Positions 18,301-20,000 of a stretch of 20,000 bases of DNA are shown here, piece by piece. Every line of letters starts with the position of its first letter. Position 1 is the stretch's first letter. The notes below the pieces were generated by a model that saw nothing but the letters and a program-made list of their open reading frames with translations, made no database searches and had not been told where the DNA came from. This DNA is from an uncultured virus (IMG/VR IMGVR_UViG_3300022661_000087) (Duplodnaviria > Heunggongvirae > Uroviricota > Caudoviricetes): the IMG/VR virus record IMGVR_UViG_3300022661_000087; one strand, 5' to 3'. Made by a program: the position numbers and the translations under genes.

Positions 18301-20000
18301 GTTGGTATATGAATAACTATACTAACGGAACTGATAGATGGACTATGAAAGTTGACTATATGGAATCTTCTGGTTCTTATAATGCAGGTTTCGCATCTAT
18401 GGTTGGTAATGGTTATACTAAGCATCCTTTACAAGACTATTTAGCTTTATTAAATAATACCAATAAATTGGAACCTGTTGTTGATAGCTCTGTAATTAAG
18501 GGTATTCAATGGGGCGATTATCGTACTTCTCTATTGGGCTTCCCAGTTATGGCTTTCCAAAAGACTGGTTCTGGTGATAATGCTAAGTACACTTTCATCG
18601 GTTTTTATCGTATGCTATTGGATAAGAGCTCTACTCAGGTCTTAGGATTTAAACCTAGTAAGAAAGTTACTAATAAGTTATTCCCTAAGGGTTTAAATGA
18701 TGAAGGTAAAATGGAATATAAGGCAGTACGAGACGTAGCAGAATGTTGGGAGTTCTCTAACAATGCTCGTGGTTATTGCTCTTATCGTGACCCATGGAGC
18801 CGTGTTGAATTAAGTTTCACACCTCCTACTAATTCCACTGTATCTAATGGTGGTTACAATGCTAATGAAGCTCCTGTTGTGGCTAATAGCTTTGAATATC
18901 GCTATCACAGCAAGGATGATTATATTGATATTCTTTACAACTTTAAGCAAGCTACTCAAGGTGAACTTGATGAAGTTGCTGAAGAGTTAGGAACTGGTAC
19001 AATTCCTAAGGGCGATTTAGAGGCCGGTGCTAAGGCATTGCTATCTACTCATACTAACTGGGAAAAAGTATGTAAATGGTTGTGGAGTACTAATCTTGAT
19101 GCAGTTGTTTCTCAAGGTACTTACTCTAAAGTTCCTGTCGGTGATACCGCATATGAGCCTGGTGTTTACTATGTAGTTGATGGTGATTCTTACGCTATTA
19201 GTAATGCCGACTTTGATGAAAACACTACCTACTATGTAAAGAGTGAAGTCAACTATGATGTTATCTCTTTAACTGCAGAGACTTATATTTCTGGTAAATA
19301 TTACATCTTAAATGCTGATGGTGAATATGTAATTGATGCAAGCACTTTTGATGCAAATAAGATTTATTATGAGCAGGTTATTGAAGACCGCTACATTCCA
19401 GTTAATGTATGTCCTGCTGAGTATGTATATGTAAAAGGTAAGTTCTATGTATTAACTGCTGGTGGAAACACTGTAAGCACTACTGATGATGTTTATGCAT
19501 TATCTAATGAAGAATTTGCTGGTGGTACTACTTACTACGAATTTAAAGATGATACTCTAGACACTCTAAATTCTCGTTTTGACTTACTGATTGCTCCAGT
19601 AGATATTGAGAATGCTACTTATGATGCTAATACTCAGTATTATACTTGGCATGGTATGGACTATGATATGAACGACGCTGCTAATGGTGTTGTTATTAAC
19701 CCAGGTCATCCAACCGGTGCAGTCCGCGCGGTCGAAACTCCTTCTCAAGAGGATTGGGCTAAGGGATTATATTATGTAGCAGCTCCAAAAGAATATGCTG
19801 GTAAGGTTTATACTCACGATACTAAAGAATATCGTGCTGCTAAATTTACTAATGAATTTGAAGACCACTTCGACCCTGAGTACGTTGCTACTTACTTCGT
19901 AATGACTGAAGTTATGGAGTTATACGACTCTCGTGGTAAGAACTGTATGATGGCCTCTTGGGGTCATCATGAAGCTGGTGGAGAGTACATCTGGTATCCA
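15378..20000 (+). CDS. 3'-truncated giant protein (>1541 aa): fibre-type N-terminal module, Ig-like region, LamG/ConA-like domain, CotH-like atypical kinase domain
   Basis: AAAGGAG at 15362-15368, ATG at 15378. The frame is open to the window end, which explains its absence from the ORF track. LamG-like motifs: YIYINGV, DIDLYKLRIYNSDL (~17430-17575). CotH-like motifs: QGTSSEFYPRRNYKIK (18012-18059), WTMKVDYMESS (18339-18371), FIGFYRMLLDK, and EFEDHFDPEYVATYFVMTEVMELYDSRGKNCMM...IWYP (19855-20000). Confidence 0.85.
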   Translation, partial: MSENYGVKFIPVRGYDSKIQRAEVKDGWIYFATDSGKIYVDSQGQRTIMGSAGAAIYYGEVEKPEVNEDTGYATLPKSAVKGDPKKGDLILNSDGGFYKVELIGEENYTCELLSISGTGGGPGVSTTTRPSITLTLDNTNFINGQEAYFHIHAESALEADGVTPVDTTLNVVYSLGTRISDEVIDNYTTQTRTYKTGESDYEGVPGIIDDYIEIGSLLRESSSSVLSVYVQGANHDEKSRTRTVDLSTSALKLSQVSGYNPATRYPTSGFQIKCGVVGSLSKVLDFYYDDMNTPAETRVIEANVANSTQTFTVGTDKATHGYHTVRIELWQNTGTSSNPKRGLGVAPLQYEIAVIETSNANAKPVIWLGDYKAEYYNYDTIQIPFLVWDPANTNSTKVHLYKNNIELESSPREVKDFSKFDYWEIADAEMNALNSYQISCGETDEKFVKREIEFKVVKDPNRDMTVEQAGLLLDFSATGRSNSESAAKRQLWSYTLNGEKKNAIFENFNWYNNGWMMDSSINQSCLRISNGARLTIPFQQMVFAAGVSGQESHTVEMQFRIRNVQKYDNLITNITRYQGDGVWYEAFKAQKDTGYSNYDAYLQATLDPDTYDNLKFQTVEKNINITNVAAGLYDYDATNVKATGFCVGTQDAFFSNGENTVNVNFVEDELINLSFVYQDSLKYLYIYINGVITGVIKSTDPDAFTINSGNFVFDSSNCDIDLYKLRIYNSDLNVNQIVQNFSVDRKNVKIFDQSNAYALAEENNNLKEFQFSYEAMLRYNEAHPNEPLMPYIIYDTGNATLPYSKDDTKYISVEFVNTNLERAYANGELETLARADGLIAEGETDSDKIKEGVRLYYKHHCPSWISTMTSGDKVEFAVQGTSSEFYPRRNYKIKTKVEGEFNWKPIADFTDKEKAELKPEELEKLNAESGLYMEEDSLNIFLNRGPYAEVFVSDKAKLAQDSKYLGHEECRCADGWYMNNYTNGTDRWTMKVDYMESSGSYNAGFASMVGNGYTKHPLQDYLALLNNTNKLEPVVDSSVIKGIQWGDYRTSLLGFPVMAFQKTGSGDNAKYTFIGFYRMLLDKSSTQVLGFKPSKKVTNKLFPKGLNDEGKMEYKAVRDVAECWEFSNNARGYCSYRDPWSRVELSFTPPTNSTVSNGGYNANEAPVVANSFEYRYHSKDDYIDILYNFKQATQGELDEVAEELGTGTIPKGDLEAGAKALLSTHTNWEKVCKWLWSTNLDAVVSQGTYSKVPVGDTAYEPGVYYVVDGDSYAISNADFDENTTYYVKSEVNYDVISLTAETYISGKYYILNADGEYVIDASTFDANKIYYEQVIEDRYIPVNVCPAEYVYVKGKFYVLTAGGNTVSTTDDVYALSNEEFAGGTTYYEFKDDTLDTLNSRFDLLIAPVDIENATYDANTQYYTWHGMDYDMNDAANGVVINPGHPTGAVRAVETPSQEDWAKGLYYVAAPKEYAGKVYTHDTKEYRAAKFTNEFEDHFDPEYVATYFVMTEVMELYDSRGKNCMMASWGHHEAGGEYIWYP
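19122..19780 (+). repeat. Tyr-rich degenerate protein repeats (about 3.5 units of 40-50 aa) inside the kinase-like domain
   Basis: YEPGVYYV...YAISNADFDENTTYYV / YISGKYYI...YVIDASTFDANKIYYE / YVKGKFYV...YALSNEEFAGGTTYYE / partial YDANTQYYT...WAKGLYYV. Confidence 0.75.

Noticed and set aside
1..20000. Suppressor tRNA, CRISPR array, DGR template/variable repeat, intron, intein or IS element
   Set aside because: Intergenic gaps are at most ~130 nt and show no cloverleaf or repeat-spacer pattern. I saw no long near-identical nucleotide repeats and no reverse transcriptase, transposase, homing endonuclease or intein motifs. The decoding machinery must lie outside the window.

Overview
This AT-rich window is part of the virion morphogenesis (tail/baseplate/fibre) region of a large tailed phage, with all genes on the + strand. 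The ORF track looks fragmented because the phage does not use the standard code. Reading TAG as Gln (translation table 15) joins the fragments into 11 tightly packed genes that all end in TAA or TGA (the last runs off the window). I count 28 in-frame TAG codons in 6 genes, and three of them align with Gln in paralogous or repeated sequence inside this window. Strong AAGGAG(G) Shine-Dalgarno sites and SH3b-like cell-wall-binding domains point to a Gram-positive (Bacillota-like) host. The last gene (15378 to >20000, missing from the ORF track) encodes a giant protein with a fibre-type N-terminal module, a LamG-like domain and a CotH-like atypical kinase domain interrupted by Tyr-rich repeats. 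TAG use is very uneven, with none in the last ~2,100 codons. By manual scan GATC is absent and CCGCA is enriched. Domain calls come from motif recognition by eye, not database searches.
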